This document shows, piece after piece, positions 31,958 through 48,167 of a stretch of DNA of 64,000 nucleotides. The notes beneath the pieces were generated by a model. That model saw nothing but the letters and a program-made list of their open reading frames with translations. It was not told the origin of the DNA and did no database searches. Location of the stretch: the NCBI GenBank assembly GCA_964016885.1, contig OZ024753.1:11160001-11224000 (forward strand), read 5' to 3'. Positions within the stretch are counted from its first letter, which is position 1. Every line of letters starts with the position of its first letter. Origin of the DNA: Eledone cirrhosa (taxonomy: Eukaryota). The translations under genes and the position numbers were made by a program.

Positions 31958-32144
31958 CACTATCCAGATGGCTTCCAAAAATAATGGTTGCATTTTAAAA
32001 GGGTACGTCAAAGCTTATTTGTAAAACTGTTATATATTGTATTTTGTCTGATGAAGGCACACCATAATTTAATTTGGTATCCCTGACATATGTATAATGA
32101 AATAAATATGGTTTTATAAATATAGTTTCCATTTATTAATATCG
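31958..32144 (+). mobile_element. Family C module with mutated hammerhead (GAAA to GACA)
   Basis: attttgt-CTGATGA-...-GACA-tatgta-TA-atgaaat; collinear with 9190-9359 and the reverse complement of 60808-60990. Confidence 0.7.
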
Positions 32145-32209
32145 TATATATATATATATATATATATATAGTGTTAAAACGATCAAATTTTAGTTTAGAA
32201 CATTTATTA

Positions 32210-32254
32210 GCCGACAATTGTTTCTTCCAGAGGGAAGTCTGGAATCATCGGAGC
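32210..32254 (-). ncRNA. Hammerhead-like motif with a core substitution (probably inactive)
   Basis: Minus strand gct-CCGATGA-ttccag acttccct ctggaa-GAAA-caattg-TC-ggc; 6-bp stem II. Confidence 0.5.
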
Positions 32255-32523
32255 ATAAGGAATGAATGTCGAAAACGTTTAACTACAATCCTCGTCATTT
32301 AGAACATTTAGGGTACATAGTTGTTATTGGTTTCAAAGGCATCATGTGGTGTGTCAGGAGTTAAAAAGTTGTCCTGCTTGAAATAACACAGCTACAGGCG
32401 GCACTGGTTCGAAGTGTAATAGGTATAAGTAAAAGCAAAAATCACAAGCAAAAAAAAAATCAGAAGCAAAAAAACACAAGGAAAGAAGTTATAAGCAAGT
32501 ACAATGGTGTACAATGCAGGTCA

Positions 32524-32703
32524 ATAATTGTTTCTACTTTTGGCACAAGGCCAGCAATTATTCCAGTATATTACTGGTACTTTATTTTATCGACCCCGTA
32601 AGGATGAAAGGTAAAGTTAACCTCGGCGGGATTTGAACTCAGATCGTAAAGGGACGTAACTATGCTGGAAAGCATGTCCGACACTCTACCGATACTGCCA
32701 ATT
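32524..32703 (-). mobile_element. SINE family 1
   Basis: Same body and boxes. Confidence 0.85.
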
Positions 32704-32909
32704 CAGGTCAATGCAGGTCAATGCAGGTCAATAATGCATGTATAATATATGTGCATATATATATATATTAAAGTGTTAAACAATATTCAATGATTATGTA
32801 AACAAATGAGTTTTACAGTAGATTGGAAGCACTCAACGGTAAAATAATTTTCTGGAGTTAATAATATTCTTAACCATTTACCATCTCAGGGTATGTCATG
32901 TATCATTAT

Positions 32910-32962
32910 ATTTTGTCTGATGAAGACCTACTGTTGTAAATCCGAAATATGTATAATAAAAT
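32910..32962 (+). ncRNA. Putative type I hammerhead ribozyme
   Basis: attttgt-CTGATGA(32917-23)-...-GAAA(32944-47)-tatgta-TA-ataaaat; stem II weak. Confidence 0.5.
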
Positions 32963-33049
32963 GTAATTGATCAAAAGAACATCTATTTTATTAATACTTA
33001 TATTTTAATATTTAATATATATATGAGTATGTATGTATATCTATATGGA

Positions 33050-33121
<72 letters not shown>

Positions 33122-33549
33122 TATGTATGTGCATATATATATATATATGAGTATGTATGTGCATATATATATGTATATATATATATATGAGTATGTATGT
33201 ATATATATATATATATATATGAGTATGTATATATATATATGAGTATGTATATATATATATATATATGAGTATGTATGTATGTATATATATATATATATGA
33301 GTATGTATGTATGTATATATACATATATATGAGTATGTATGTATATATATATATATGAGTATGTATATATATATGGATATAAGTGTGTATATATATATGT
33401 ATATATGAGTATGTATGTGCATATATATATATATATATATGAGTATCTATGTGCATATATATGTATGTATATATATATATATATGAGTATGTATGTATAT
33501 ATATATATATATATGAGTATGTATGTATATATATATATATATGAGTATG

Positions 33550-33603
<54 letters not shown>

Positions 33604-33762
33604 TATGTATGTATGTGTGTATATATATATTCACTGACACTGATATATATTCACTGACACTGATAGCTTGTAAATATGTACATATATGTGCTGACATATA
33701 TTTATCTTTCTATTTGTTTATCTACCTACCCATCTACACCTATCTATCTATCTATCTATCTA

Positions 33763-37889
<4,127 letters not shown>

Positions 37890-38732
37890 AGGAGGACGAA
37901 CTGACCAGCCTGTTCGGTAGGACATTCAGCCCGGGACCTATGGACAACTTCCAGAAGTCCCTGGCCTGGCAGTGCTACCGAGGGGCTTTACCCGTTCGAG
38001 AAAGGCTCTACAGACACGGGCGCCCGGGAAGGGACCCCGCCAAAAAGATCTGTCCCAGATGCGTGTGCGACGAGGAAACCGTTGCACACGCATTGGTACA
38101 CTGCTCGGGCGTAGCCGATCTGTGGGGCTATGTCGAACAACTGCTGTCAAGGGTGGAACCGATCCGGTTGACCACCGAGTCTATTGTAATGATCAAGCCG
38201 CCTCCCCCCTTCAAAGATGAAGCAGAGGCGGTGTTTCTGTGCGTAATAGCCATGGCGAAAGAGGTTGTATGGTGGACGCGTCTGAAAGGACTGAGGTCAG
38301 GCACCTTTCTCTCTGGCCAACAACTGGTCCGTTTCTTCCGATATCATTTCGGAAGAAGGATCAGGATGGAGAGAGAGGTGCTGCACCCCAGCCGTTTCTA
38401 TGAAAGATGGGTGAAAGTGGCGAGAATGGCCCGTGTGAATGGGCCTTCACTCTACATCAGACTATAGGTGAGGAAGATGAAAGACCAAGGGAGCACCCCT
38501 TCTCTGTGCTCCTGAGGAGAAGGGTTGCACACTTTTTTCGGGGGTGTGTGCGACCCCCCAAGGCGCCTCCTCTCTATTGAGGATTTTGTTAAAAAATTTT
38601 ATTTTTTGTTATATCTTATTTTATTTTTATATTTTGTTATTGCCTCCTCCTTATTGAGGACGCCTTTTTGTGTAAACTCCCCCCTTTGTACTTGTCCCAC
38701 TTTTGATGCCCTAGTGGCAAATAAAAGAAATA
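37890..38732 (+). mobile_element. Tx1 copy 2, 5'-truncated (843 bp)
   Basis: Near-identical 3' end; (TATC)n on both sides. Confidence 0.95.
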
Positions 38733-38875
<143 letters not shown>

Positions 38876-39820
38876 TGGCAGGCGGATCCGGTTATCAGTG
38901 GAGACTCCACCGCAACATTCTATAGAGGGCTGGTACGCAGCAGGTGCGACGACGCCCTCGGAGAAGCCCTAGACATGGAGGAGGACGAACTGGCCAGCCT
39001 GTTCGGTAGGACATTCAGCCCGGGACCTATGGACAACTTCCAGAAGTCCCTGGCCTGGCAGTGCTACCGAGAGGCTTTACCCGTTCGAGAAAGGCTCTAC
39101 AGACACGGGCGCCCGGGTAGGGACCCCGCCAAAAAGATCTGTCCCAGATGCGTGTGCGACGAGGAAACCGTTGCACACGCATTAGTACACTGCTCGGGCG
39201 TAGCCGATCTGTGGGGCTATGTCGAACAACTGCTGTCAAGGGTGGGACCGATCCGGTTGACCACCGAGTCTATTGTAATGATCAAGCCGCCTCCCCCCTT
39301 CAAAGATGAAGCAGAGGCGGTGTTTCTGTGCGTAATAGCCATGGCGAAAGAGGTTGTATGGTGGACGCGTCTGAAAGGACTGAGGTCGGGCACCTTTCTC
39401 TCTGGCCAACAACTGGTCCGTTTCTTCCGATATCATTTCGGAAGAAGGATCAGGATGGAGAGAGAGGTGCTGCACCCCAGCCGTTTCTATGAAAGATGGG
39501 TGAAAGTGGCGAGAATGGCCCGTGTGAATGGGCCTTCACTCTACATCAGACTATAGGTGAGGAAGATGAAAGACCAAGGGAGCACCCCTTCTCTGTGCTC
39601 CTGAGGAGAAGGGTTGCACACTTTTTTCGGGGGTGTGTGCGACCCCCCAAGGCGCCTCCTCTCTATTGAGGATTTTGTTAAAAATTTTATTTTTTGTTAT
39701 ATCTTATTTTATTTTTATATTTTGTTATTGCCTCCTCCTTATTGAGGACGCCTTTTTGTGTAAACTCCCCCCTTTGTACTTGTCCCACTTTTGATGCCCT
39801 AGTGGCAAATAAAAGAAATA
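38876..39820 (+). mobile_element. Tx1 copy 3, 5'-truncated (945 bp)
   Basis: Near-identical 3' end; (TATC)n on both sides. Confidence 0.95.
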
Positions 39821-40052
39821 TATCTATCTATCTCTGGGATGGACACACGCGTATAACTTGCTGAGTAAGTTCTGTTTAAATTTCTATAGAAATTCTTGTC
39901 TGATAACTTTAATTTTTGTACCATTTTGTAGAGGGACTGCCAGGTCAAACTTTGATCTGGTCAGTCTCTCAAAATATTCTACGCCTTTAGGCGAAATAGT
40001 TAAAAAAAAAAAAAAGTTTTTTTTTCTTGTTGAAAAGTCAATATTTTTTTAA

Positions 40053-41840
40053 ATGGCCGAAGCTTCTTCACCAAAATTCGAAGGAGGAAAGGGGAAGATG
40101 AACTTACAGCTTCCCCCTGCCACTGTCACAGTAGCAGAGGTCAAGAAGATAGGTCAGCCAGAGGAAGAATTCTCTCCACCTGTTAACCGACAACTTGACG
40201 TTGCCATGGCAACTACCCAAAGAACCAGCAGCAACAGCAACAACAACAACAATGCGACGGACGAAAGCAACACCAATAACAATAACAATAACAACAACAA
40301 CACCAATAACGGTGACAACAACAACAATGATAACAACAACACCACCAACGACAACAACAACACAAACAAACAAAATTTCTCCTTCGCCGAGACGACAAGG
40401 AAAACCCTCGACTATCTGCCAGTAGATATAACAAAAGCGAAGGAGCTACTGGCGGATGCGAAAAAATATATAGTGTACGGGGAAAATGGTTCATTCACAA
40501 TCCATTCCCCCCCGGAACTAAAAAGCCAGAGACTCCTAAACACGGTCATGTTTAGGACAATTTCGAACAAAAGTAAAAAACCAGCTCAACCATCACAGAG
40601 CGAGATAGAGCTGGTTTTAAAAGACGTCATGAAGGACATCACCTTCATTCAGAAGGATAGACTCTACGGGAGTCTATCCATTCTCATGAAGGACAGGGAC
40701 ACAGCAGTGAAACTGTCCATCAAACCAATCACATCCACCGCATACACCTTCTACCCTACGTACATGGGTAGAAGAACACAAAAAATAAAAATCCACACCA
40801 TCCTGCCGATTATGGACATATGGTGGGTTTTGACAGGTTTTCTGGACCTGGAGGATGACATGCTGGTGTCCATGGGAAAGGCATCGGGTGACGCGTTCAG
40901 TGGAACGAGCCTCGAACTTGTAGTTCAAATGAGGCCCGAAAGGATCGCCCAGATCCCTGAACGCGTCATACTGGATGATCTAACCTTCATCAACATTACC
41001 GTTGAGGGTAGACGGCCCTCGTGTTACCTCTGCGGAACCAGAGGTCACCTGAGGGCTGTCTGTCCCCAACTTAATAAGAAAACCCCAATCCTGCCTACAC
41101 CACCAACAACTGCACAACCAACACAATCACCACAACTACTACTACAAAAACAACCACCACAGCTCAAACCAAAACAAAACAATGTCCAACCCATCCCCTC
41201 CACCCAAAAAACAAAAACAATTTCCAAAACACCCGTACCGCAAACACAACCCGAAAATATACCCCTCCCCTCCAACGCGGAAGATGACCCTAGTTCGTCG
41301 TCAGACGAGGAGGAGCACTTCCACACAATCAAAAGAAAAAAAAGAAAACACACCTCAGACACACAAATGAAAACAACCCCTCCCCAAAACATAACACTGA
41401 CACCAACACAAAAGAGCTCACAACAGCAAACAAAAAACACCACACAAAAACAAAAACATGCATACACATACATAAATACAAGAAACAAAAAACTGTTAAA
41501 CATTGTGTACAACAACAATCTAATAAAAACACAAGGGCCTAACTTCACCCAGGCAGGGGATTTCCCCCACCTCAAAATGATTAAGGCCCCACAGGACACC
41601 TATAAAACTTTAAAAAACAATTTTAAAGAGGACGTGGGTCCCCCCTGCGTCGGGCCCATTAACCGCGTCCTCCTAAAAAACTATCCCACCCCCTCCCCAA
41701 ACACCCTCACAACTCCAAGCTCCCCAACCACACAACACACTGATGCCCCCACACTTCCACAAACCACCACCCCACCCAACAACCCATCCCCCACCCTAAT
41801 GGAAATTGTGCAGCCCGATACCCGGGACGCAGAGAGGTAA
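40053..41840 (+). CDS. Tx1 ORF1 nucleic-acid-binding protein, 595 aa
   Basis: Zinc knuckle CYLCGTRGHLRAVC (CX2CX4HX4C), Asn-rich tract, Pro/Thr/Gln-rich region, SSSSDEEE followed by basic KRKKRK. Confidence 0.9.
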   Translation: MAEASSPKFEGGKGKMNLQLPPATVTVAEVKKIGQPEEEFSPPVNRQLDVAMATTQRTSSNSNNNNNATDESNTNNNNNNNNNTNNGDNNNNDNNNTTNDNNNTNKQNFSFAETTRKTLDYLPVDITKAKELLADAKKYIVYGENGSFTIHSPPELKSQRLLNTVMFRTISNKSKKPAQPSQSEIELVLKDVMKDITFIQKDRLYGSLSILMKDRDTAVKLSIKPITSTAYTFYPTYMGRRTQKIKIHTILPIMDIWWVLTGFLDLEDDMLVSMGKASGDAFSGTSLELVVQMRPERIAQIPERVILDDLTFINITVEGRRPSCYLCGTRGHLRAVCPQLNKKTPILPTPPTTAQPTQSPQLLLQKQPPQLKPKQNNVQPIPSTQKTKTISKTPVPQTQPENIPLPSNAEDDPSSSSDEEEHFHTIKRKKRKHTSDTQMKTTPPQNITLTPTQKSSQQQTKNTTQKQKHAYTYINTRNKKLLNIVYNNNLIKTQGPNFTQAGDFPHLKMIKAPQDTYKTLKNNFKEDVGPPCVGPINRVLLKNYPTPSPNTLTTPSSPTTQHTDAPTLPQTTTPPNNPSPTLMEIVQPDTRDAER

Positions 41841-41864
41841 GTGCCTTTTCTCTTCACCACCAAC

Positions 41865-44800
41865 ATGGCTATGCTAAGAGTAGGCTGTTTAAATGCGCGT
41901 GGCCTGGGCTCAACTTGGAAGCAAGCAATGCTTCTAAATGACCTCAGGTCACAACGTATAGATGTGATGGTTATTTGCGAGGCCCGGATCAGCAACGTGC
42001 GACAGCTGGCCCCCACCTTTGATGACTTTGAGATGCACGCATCTCTCTGTCAGCCCGGAGGTGGGGGTGGAGTTGTCGTTCTGCTGCAAAAACATCTGGG
42101 TCTCGCAACACAGATGGTACATTTGGACCCGGAGGGTCGACTAGTGGTTCTGGACCTTGGCAGTGGTAAAGGCGGAGCGTTTAGGTTGGTAGCCGCCTAC
42201 GGCCCTTTCGGGTCAATGCGGCCGGACTTCTTCCATCGTCTGGAGACTTTTCTAGGGACGTCCCGCTCCTTGCTATTAGTGGGGGACTGGAATGGTATCC
42301 TAGATGCACGCTGGGACTACGTAGGGGCCTGCCCCGATAGAGAGGGGTGTAATAGCCTCAAAGGGTTAATCGGTCGATTTGACCTGGCCGATAGATATCG
42401 ACTAGATTTTCCGACTGCGCCAACCTGGACTTGGGCAAATCGTAGCGGATCATCTAGGTCGTACCTAGATAGGTTCTTAGTTAGAATTAAGGATAAGGAC
42501 TTTTTAAGTTGTCCAAAAATGCGCATTGTTGGCTATTCAGACCACAAATTAGTGACCTGCATGGTCAACCTTGACAGAACTCATAGACAGGGCCCCGGTT
42601 ACTGGAAGCTCAACTTGTCCTTGCCGGCAAGTAGAGCCTACAGGAATCGGATTAGTACGTTAGTTAAGGAACGGTTGACTGGAGCGATCGTCAACAGCAG
42701 GTGGTGGGTATCTCTAAAGAGAGAGATTAGAGTAGTCTCGATAGAATTTAGTAAGGTTCTAGCTGCGGATAGGAATAGGAAGGAAAGGGAGCTAATAGAT
42801 AGAGTAGAAGAGGCAATTAGAAGCGGCGACGTGGCCAGAGTGCTAGCGTCGAGAACGGCGTTGAGCCAGTTTTTCGACGCGAAGCACGAAGGCTGCGTTG
42901 TCCGAAGTAAAATACGTGCTCTAGGGAACGAGGGGACCAAAGCTGTTAGCTGGGCCCGCGTGACAGAGGCCAACAGTGGAACTAAATCCACCATCCGGTC
43001 TTTGCAAGTCCTGGATGGACGGGCGATTCTTGAGCCTAAGCAGATGTGTGAGGCCTTTCAAAGGCACTTTGCCCGACTGTTCGGGAGGGGCGGGGAGCCG
43101 GTTGGGAACGTGGACTTCGGTCCATACCTCGACGGCCTGCCGCGCCTCTCGGACAGGGAGGCGAAGTCCTGCGAGGAGCCGATTTCGGCCGCTGAGATAG
43201 AGGACGTGCTGAGCCAATGCGGCAAACGCAAATCCCCGGGTCTCGATGGTCTTCCTTACGAATTATATCTAGCTATGCCGGACTTGTTCCCCGATCTCCT
43301 CGAGGCGGTCTACTGCAACTGGCAACAGAACGGGAGAATTCCCTGTACTGTGACCAAGGGCGTAGTCACGCTAGTGAGGAAGGACGAGAACAAGGGGGAC
43401 GAAATAAGTAACTTCAGGCCCATAACACTGCTAAATACAGAGTTACAGATTTTGGCCAAGGTGCTAGCAAAGAGGTTGGCGCTTGTCGTGGGCAACCTGG
43501 TGGGAGATGCGCAGACATGCGCTATCCCGTCCAGGTCCATCCATGACAACCTCCACCTCATGCGATACATCATAGAGAGGGTTGGGAACGAACCCGGCTT
43601 TGGTGGGGCTCTGATCAACTTGGATCAATCTAAGGCGTTCGATAGGGTCGACCATGGTTACCTGGATGCGGTGCTAGCGGCGGCAGGCTTCGGACCCGTT
43701 TTCAGGGGCTGGATCACTGCTATGCACAGCAGCCGCATCTGCTCTAGGGTCAAGGTGAACGGCTACCTCTCGGAGCCGTTCAAAATCGCGCGGTCCATCC
43801 GACAAGGGTGCCCTCTCTCCTCCCTTCTGTATGTGTTGACTCTCGAGCCACTACTGCGGAAGTTGGAGTTGTTGCAGGGCATCCCTTTGGAACCGGGATT
43901 GCGGAAAGCGGTGTCGGCCTACGCCGATGACGTGACAGTAATGGTGTCGACGGCCTCCGAAATCGAGGCGGTCGGCACCTTACTGGAGGAGTACGAAAAG
44001 TTCACAGGGGCTAAGCTGAACCGGGACAAGTCGATCGGTTTGCAACTCGGCACGTGGAGGGGCAGACCGATGCCCTCCGATAGCGTCGTCGGACGCTGGA
44101 CGGAGGGCCCGGTGAAGTTGCTCGGGGTCTGGTTCGGACCGGACCTCCAGGTGGAGAAAAACTGGGCGGAGGTTACGAACAGGGTGTTTGCACTGACCCA
44201 GAAGTGGGCCAGTTGCAAACTATCCCTGAAAGGTCGGGCGGAGGTGGCGAACACCTACATAGCGTCCGTCATCTACTACCGCCTGACCGTAGTGCCCTGC
44301 CCAAGGGAAACCCTCACCAAGATGGAGCGCGCGCTCTTCCAATTCCTTTGGAAGAGGCGGGCTCCTATGGTGAGGAGATCCATCTGCTGTCAACACCCTT
44401 CGAAAGGAGGGCTGGGGATGCCGTGGCTAATGATGCGTAAACACGCATTAAGGCTACGGCACCTCTACGTATTCCTCACCGGACAACCGGTGTGGGCCTC
44501 GTTTGTGAGACGAACCTTTCCCAAACTCGTCTCACTCACCGAGCTGCAATCCTGGGTCAAGCAAAGACCGAGAAAACTGGGCGCCTGGCACACTGAGTGT
44601 GCCCAGGCGCTCACCGCCCTCTGGCAGGCGGATCCGGTTATCAGTGGAGACTCCACCGCAACATTCTATAGAGGGCTGGTACGCAGCAGGTGCGACGACG
44701 CCCTCGGAGAAGCCCTAGACATGGAGGAGGACGAACTGGCCAGCCTGTTCGGTAGGACATTCAGCCCGGGACCTATGGACAACTTCCAGAAGTCCCTGGC

Positions 44801-45302
44801 CTGGCAGTGCTACCGAGGGGCTTTACCCGTTCGAGAAAGGCTCTACAGACACGGGCGCCCGGGTAGGGACCCCGCCAAAAAGATCTGTCCCAGATGCGTG
44901 TGCGACGAGGAAACCGTTGCACACGCATTAGTACACTGCTCGGGCGTAGCCGATCTGTGGGGCTATGTCGAACAACTGCTGTCAAGGGTGGGACCGATCC
45001 GGTTGACCACCGAGTCGATTGTAATGATCAAGCCGCCTCCCCCCTTCAAAGATGAAGCAGAGGCGGTGTTTCTGTGCGTAATAGCCATGGCGAAAGAGGT
45101 TGTATGGTGGACGCGTCTGAAAGGACTGAGGTCGGGCACCTTTCTCTCTGGCCAACAACTGGTCCGTTTCTTCCGATATCATTTCGGAAGAAGGATCAGG
45201 ATGGAGAGAGAGGTGCTGCACCCCAGCCGTTTCTATGAAAGATGGGTGAAAGTGGCGAGAATGGCCCGTGTGAATGGGCCTTCACTCTACATCAGACTAT
45301 AG
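41865..45302 (+). CDS. Tx1 ORF2: APE endonuclease, reverse transcriptase, C-terminal zinc finger (1145 aa from the first ATG)
   Basis: LNARG, ICE, GDWN, LDRF, SDH; KSPGLDG, FRPITLLN, DQSKAFDRV, QGCPLS, YADD; CPRC..ETVAHALVHC. Confidence 0.96.
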   Translation: MAMLRVGCLNARGLGSTWKQAMLLNDLRSQRIDVMVICEARISNVRQLAPTFDDFEMHASLCQPGGGGGVVVLLQKHLGLATQMVHLDPEGRLVVLDLGSGKGGAFRLVAAYGPFGSMRPDFFHRLETFLGTSRSLLLVGDWNGILDARWDYVGACPDREGCNSLKGLIGRFDLADRYRLDFPTAPTWTWANRSGSSRSYLDRFLVRIKDKDFLSCPKMRIVGYSDHKLVTCMVNLDRTHRQGPGYWKLNLSLPASRAYRNRISTLVKERLTGAIVNSRWWVSLKREIRVVSIEFSKVLAADRNRKERELIDRVEEAIRSGDVARVLASRTALSQFFDAKHEGCVVRSKIRALGNEGTKAVSWARVTEANSGTKSTIRSLQVLDGRAILEPKQMCEAFQRHFARLFGRGGEPVGNVDFGPYLDGLPRLSDREAKSCEEPISAAEIEDVLSQCGKRKSPGLDGLPYELYLAMPDLFPDLLEAVYCNWQQNGRIPCTVTKGVVTLVRKDENKGDEISNFRPITLLNTELQILAKVLAKRLALVVGNLVGDAQTCAIPSRSIHDNLHLMRYIIERVGNEPGFGGALINLDQSKAFDRVDHGYLDAVLAAAGFGPVFRGWITAMHSSRICSRVKVNGYLSEPFKIARSIRQGCPLSSLLYVLTLEPLLRKLELLQGIPLEPGLRKAVSAYADDVTVMVSTASEIEAVGTLLEEYEKFTGAKLNRDKSIGLQLGTWRGRPMPSDSVVGRWTEGPVKLLGVWFGPDLQVEKNWAEVTNRVFALTQKWASCKLSLKGRAEVANTYIASVIYYRLTVVPCPRETLTKMERALFQFLWKRRAPMVRRSICCQHPSKGGLGMPWLMMRKHALRLRHLYVFLTGQPVWASFVRRTFPKLVSLTELQSWVKQRPRKLGAWHTECAQALTALWQADPVISGDSTATFYRGLVRSRCDDALGEALDMEEDELASLFGRTFSPGPMDNFQKSLAWQCYRGALPVRERLYRHGRPGRDPAKKICPRCVCDEETVAHALVHCSGVADLWGYVEQLLSRVGPIRLTTESIVMIKPPPPFKDEAEAVFLCVIAMAKEVVWWTRLKGLRSGTFLSGQQLVRFFRYHFGRRIRMEREVLHPSRFYERWVKVARMARVNGPSLYIRL

Positions 45303-45566
45303 GTGAGGAAGATAAAAGACCAAGGGAGCACCCCTTCTCTGTGCACCTGAGGAGAAGGGTTGCACACTTTTTTCGGGGGTGTGTGCGACCCCCCAAGGCG
45401 CCTCCTCTCTATTGAGGATTTTGTTAAAAATTTTATTTTTTGTTATATCTTATTTTATTTTTATATTTTGTTATTGCCTTCTCCTTATTGAGGACGCCTT
45501 TTTGTGTAAACTCCCCCCTTTGTACTTGTCCCACTTTTGATGCCCTAGTGGCAAATAAAAGAAATA

Positions 45567-45832
<266 letters not shown>

Positions 45833-45860
45833 CATCTACACCTATCTATCTATCTATCTA

Positions 45861-46363
45861 CGAGACAAGCTCTACAGACATGTGCGCCCGGGCAGGGACC
45901 CTGCAAAAAAGATCTGTCCAAGGTGCATGCGAGACGAAGAAACCGTCGCGCACGCATTCATACACTGCCCGGGCGTCACCGACCTGTGGGGCTATGTAGA
46001 ACGACTATTGTCGCGGGTGGGACCAATCCGGTTGACCACCGAGTCGATTGTCATGATCAAACCGCCACCCTCCTTCAAAAACGAAGGAGAGGCGGTTTTC
46101 CTTTGTGTGATAGCTATGGCGAAAGAGGTTGTATGGTGGACAAGGTTGAAAGGGCTGAGGTCAGACACCTTTCTCTCCGGCCAACAACTGATTCTTTTTT
46201 CAAATACCACTTTGGAAGAAGAATCAGGATGGAGAGGGAGGTGCTGTATCCCAGCAAGTTTCATGAAAGGTGGGTGAAAGTGGCGAGAATGGCCCGAGTG
46301 AATTGTCCTTCTCTCTATATCAGCCTGTAGGTTGAGGAAAAGGAGGAGAGGAAAGGAGTACAA
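45861..46363 (+). mobile_element. Tx1 copy 5, diverged subfamily 3' fragment with frameshifts
   Basis: KKICPRCMRDEETVAHAFIHC...; 3' UTR start gttgaggaaaagg resembles copy 0; follows (TATC)n. Confidence 0.88.
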
Positions 46364-46381
46364 ACTCCTCCAGTAAGGTGC

Positions 46382-47932
46382 GATCGGCACCTTACTGGAG
46401 GAGTACGAAATGTTGACAGGAGCTAAGCTGAACCGGGACAAGTCGATCGGTTTGCAACTCGGCACGTGGAGGGGCAAACTGATGCCCTCCGATGGCGTCG
46501 TCGGACGCTGGACGGAGGGCCCGGTGAAGTTGCTCGGGGTCTGGTTCGGACCAGACCTCCAGGTGGAGAAGAACTGGGGTGAGGTTACGATCAGGGTGTT
46601 TGCACTGTCCAGAAGTGGGCCAGTTGCAAACTATCCCTGAAAGGTCGGGCGGAGGTGGCGAACACCTATATAGCGTCCGTCATCTACTACTGCCTGACCG
46701 TTGTGCCTTGCCCAAGGGAAACAATCGCCAAGATGGAGCGCGCACTCTTCCAATTCCTTTGGAAGAAGCGGGCTCCTTTGGTGAGGAGATCCAGCTGCTG
46801 TTAACACCCTTCGAAAGGAGGGCTGGGGATGCCGTGGCTAATGATGCGTAAACACGCATTAAGGCTACGGCACCTCCACGTATTCCTCACCGGTCAACCG
46901 GTGTGGGTCCCGTTTGTGAGACGAACCTTTCCCAGACTCGTCTCACTCACCGAGCTGCAATCCTGGGTCAAACAAAGACCGAGAAAACTGGGCCCCTGGC
47001 ACACTGAGTGTGCCCAGGCGCTCACGGCCCTATGGCAGGTGGACCCGATTATCAGTGGAGACTCCACCGCGACATTCTATAGCGGGCTGGTACGCAGCAG
47101 GTGCGACGACGCCCTCGGAGAAGCCCTAGACATGGAGGAGGACGAACTGGCCAGCCTGTTCGGTAGGACATTCAGCCCGGGACCTATGGACAATTTACAG
47201 AAGTACATGGCATGGCAGTGCTTCTGAGGGGCTCTACCCGTTCGAGGAAAGCTCTACAGACACGGGCGCCCGGGTAGGGACCCCGCCAAAAAGATCTGTC
47301 CCAGATGCGTGTGCGACGAGGAAACAGTTGCACACGCATTGGTACACTGCTCGGGCGTAGCCGATCTGTGGGGCTATGTCGAACGACTGCTATCACAGGT
47401 GGGACCGATCCGGTTGACAACCGAGGCCATTTTAACGATCAAGCCGCCTCCCCACTTCAAAAATTAAGGAGATGCGGTGTTTCTGTGCGTAATAGCCATG
47501 GTGAACGCGTCTGAAAGGACTCAGGTCAGGCACCTTACTCTCTGGCCAACAACTGATCCTTCTTCCGATATCACTTCGGAAGAAGGATCAGGATGGAGAG
47601 AGAGATGCTCAACCCCAGTCGTTTTTATGAAAGGTGGGTGAAAGTGGCGAGAATGGCCCGTGTGAATGGGCCTTCTCTCTACATCAGCCTGTAGGTGGAA
47701 AAGAGGAAGGAACGAGGGAGCACCCTCTCTCTGTGCTCCTGAGGAGAAGGGGCTGCACACTTTTTTAGGAGGAGGGTGGGTGGGTGGGGGGACCCTCCCA
47801 ACGCCCCCTCCCTATTGAGGACTTTATTGTTAATTTTATATTTGTTATTTGTTTTCTTTACTCGCCTTTTTGTGTAAACTACCCCCTTGTATTTGTCCCC
47901 TTCTTTTGCGCCCTCGTGGCAATAAATAGAAA
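46382..47932 (+). pseudogene. Tx1 copy 6, degraded 5'-truncated copy
   Basis: Collinear with ~43971-45566 but with frameshifts, stops and small deletions; ends gtggcaataaatagaaa-TCTATCTATCTAT. Confidence 0.9.
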
Positions 47933-48167
47933 TCTATCTATCTATTCACCCACCCATCCCTCCCTCTGTGTCTATATCAGTGTGTACACACTCACCTAAT
48001 AATCATGAATGCTATTATCAATGACATAGTTAAGCAATTTTCGCTGATCACCCATCGATTCCCATCTCGTAATTCATTCCTGAACGAATGAATGAACAAC
48101 GTATATTAATGTCTCATTACATGAGTCTACTTACACTGCCATAAAGTAGCTGGAGCATCCCTTGGAA

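Larger units (their letters stand above)
39833..45566 (+). mobile_element. Full-length Tx1-clade (L1 group) non-LTR retrotransposon, ~5.7 kb (copy 4)
   Basis: ~220-nt 5' UTR, ORF1, ORF2, 264-nt 3' UTR ending AATAAAAGAAATA; (TATC)n on both sides. Confidence 0.93.
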
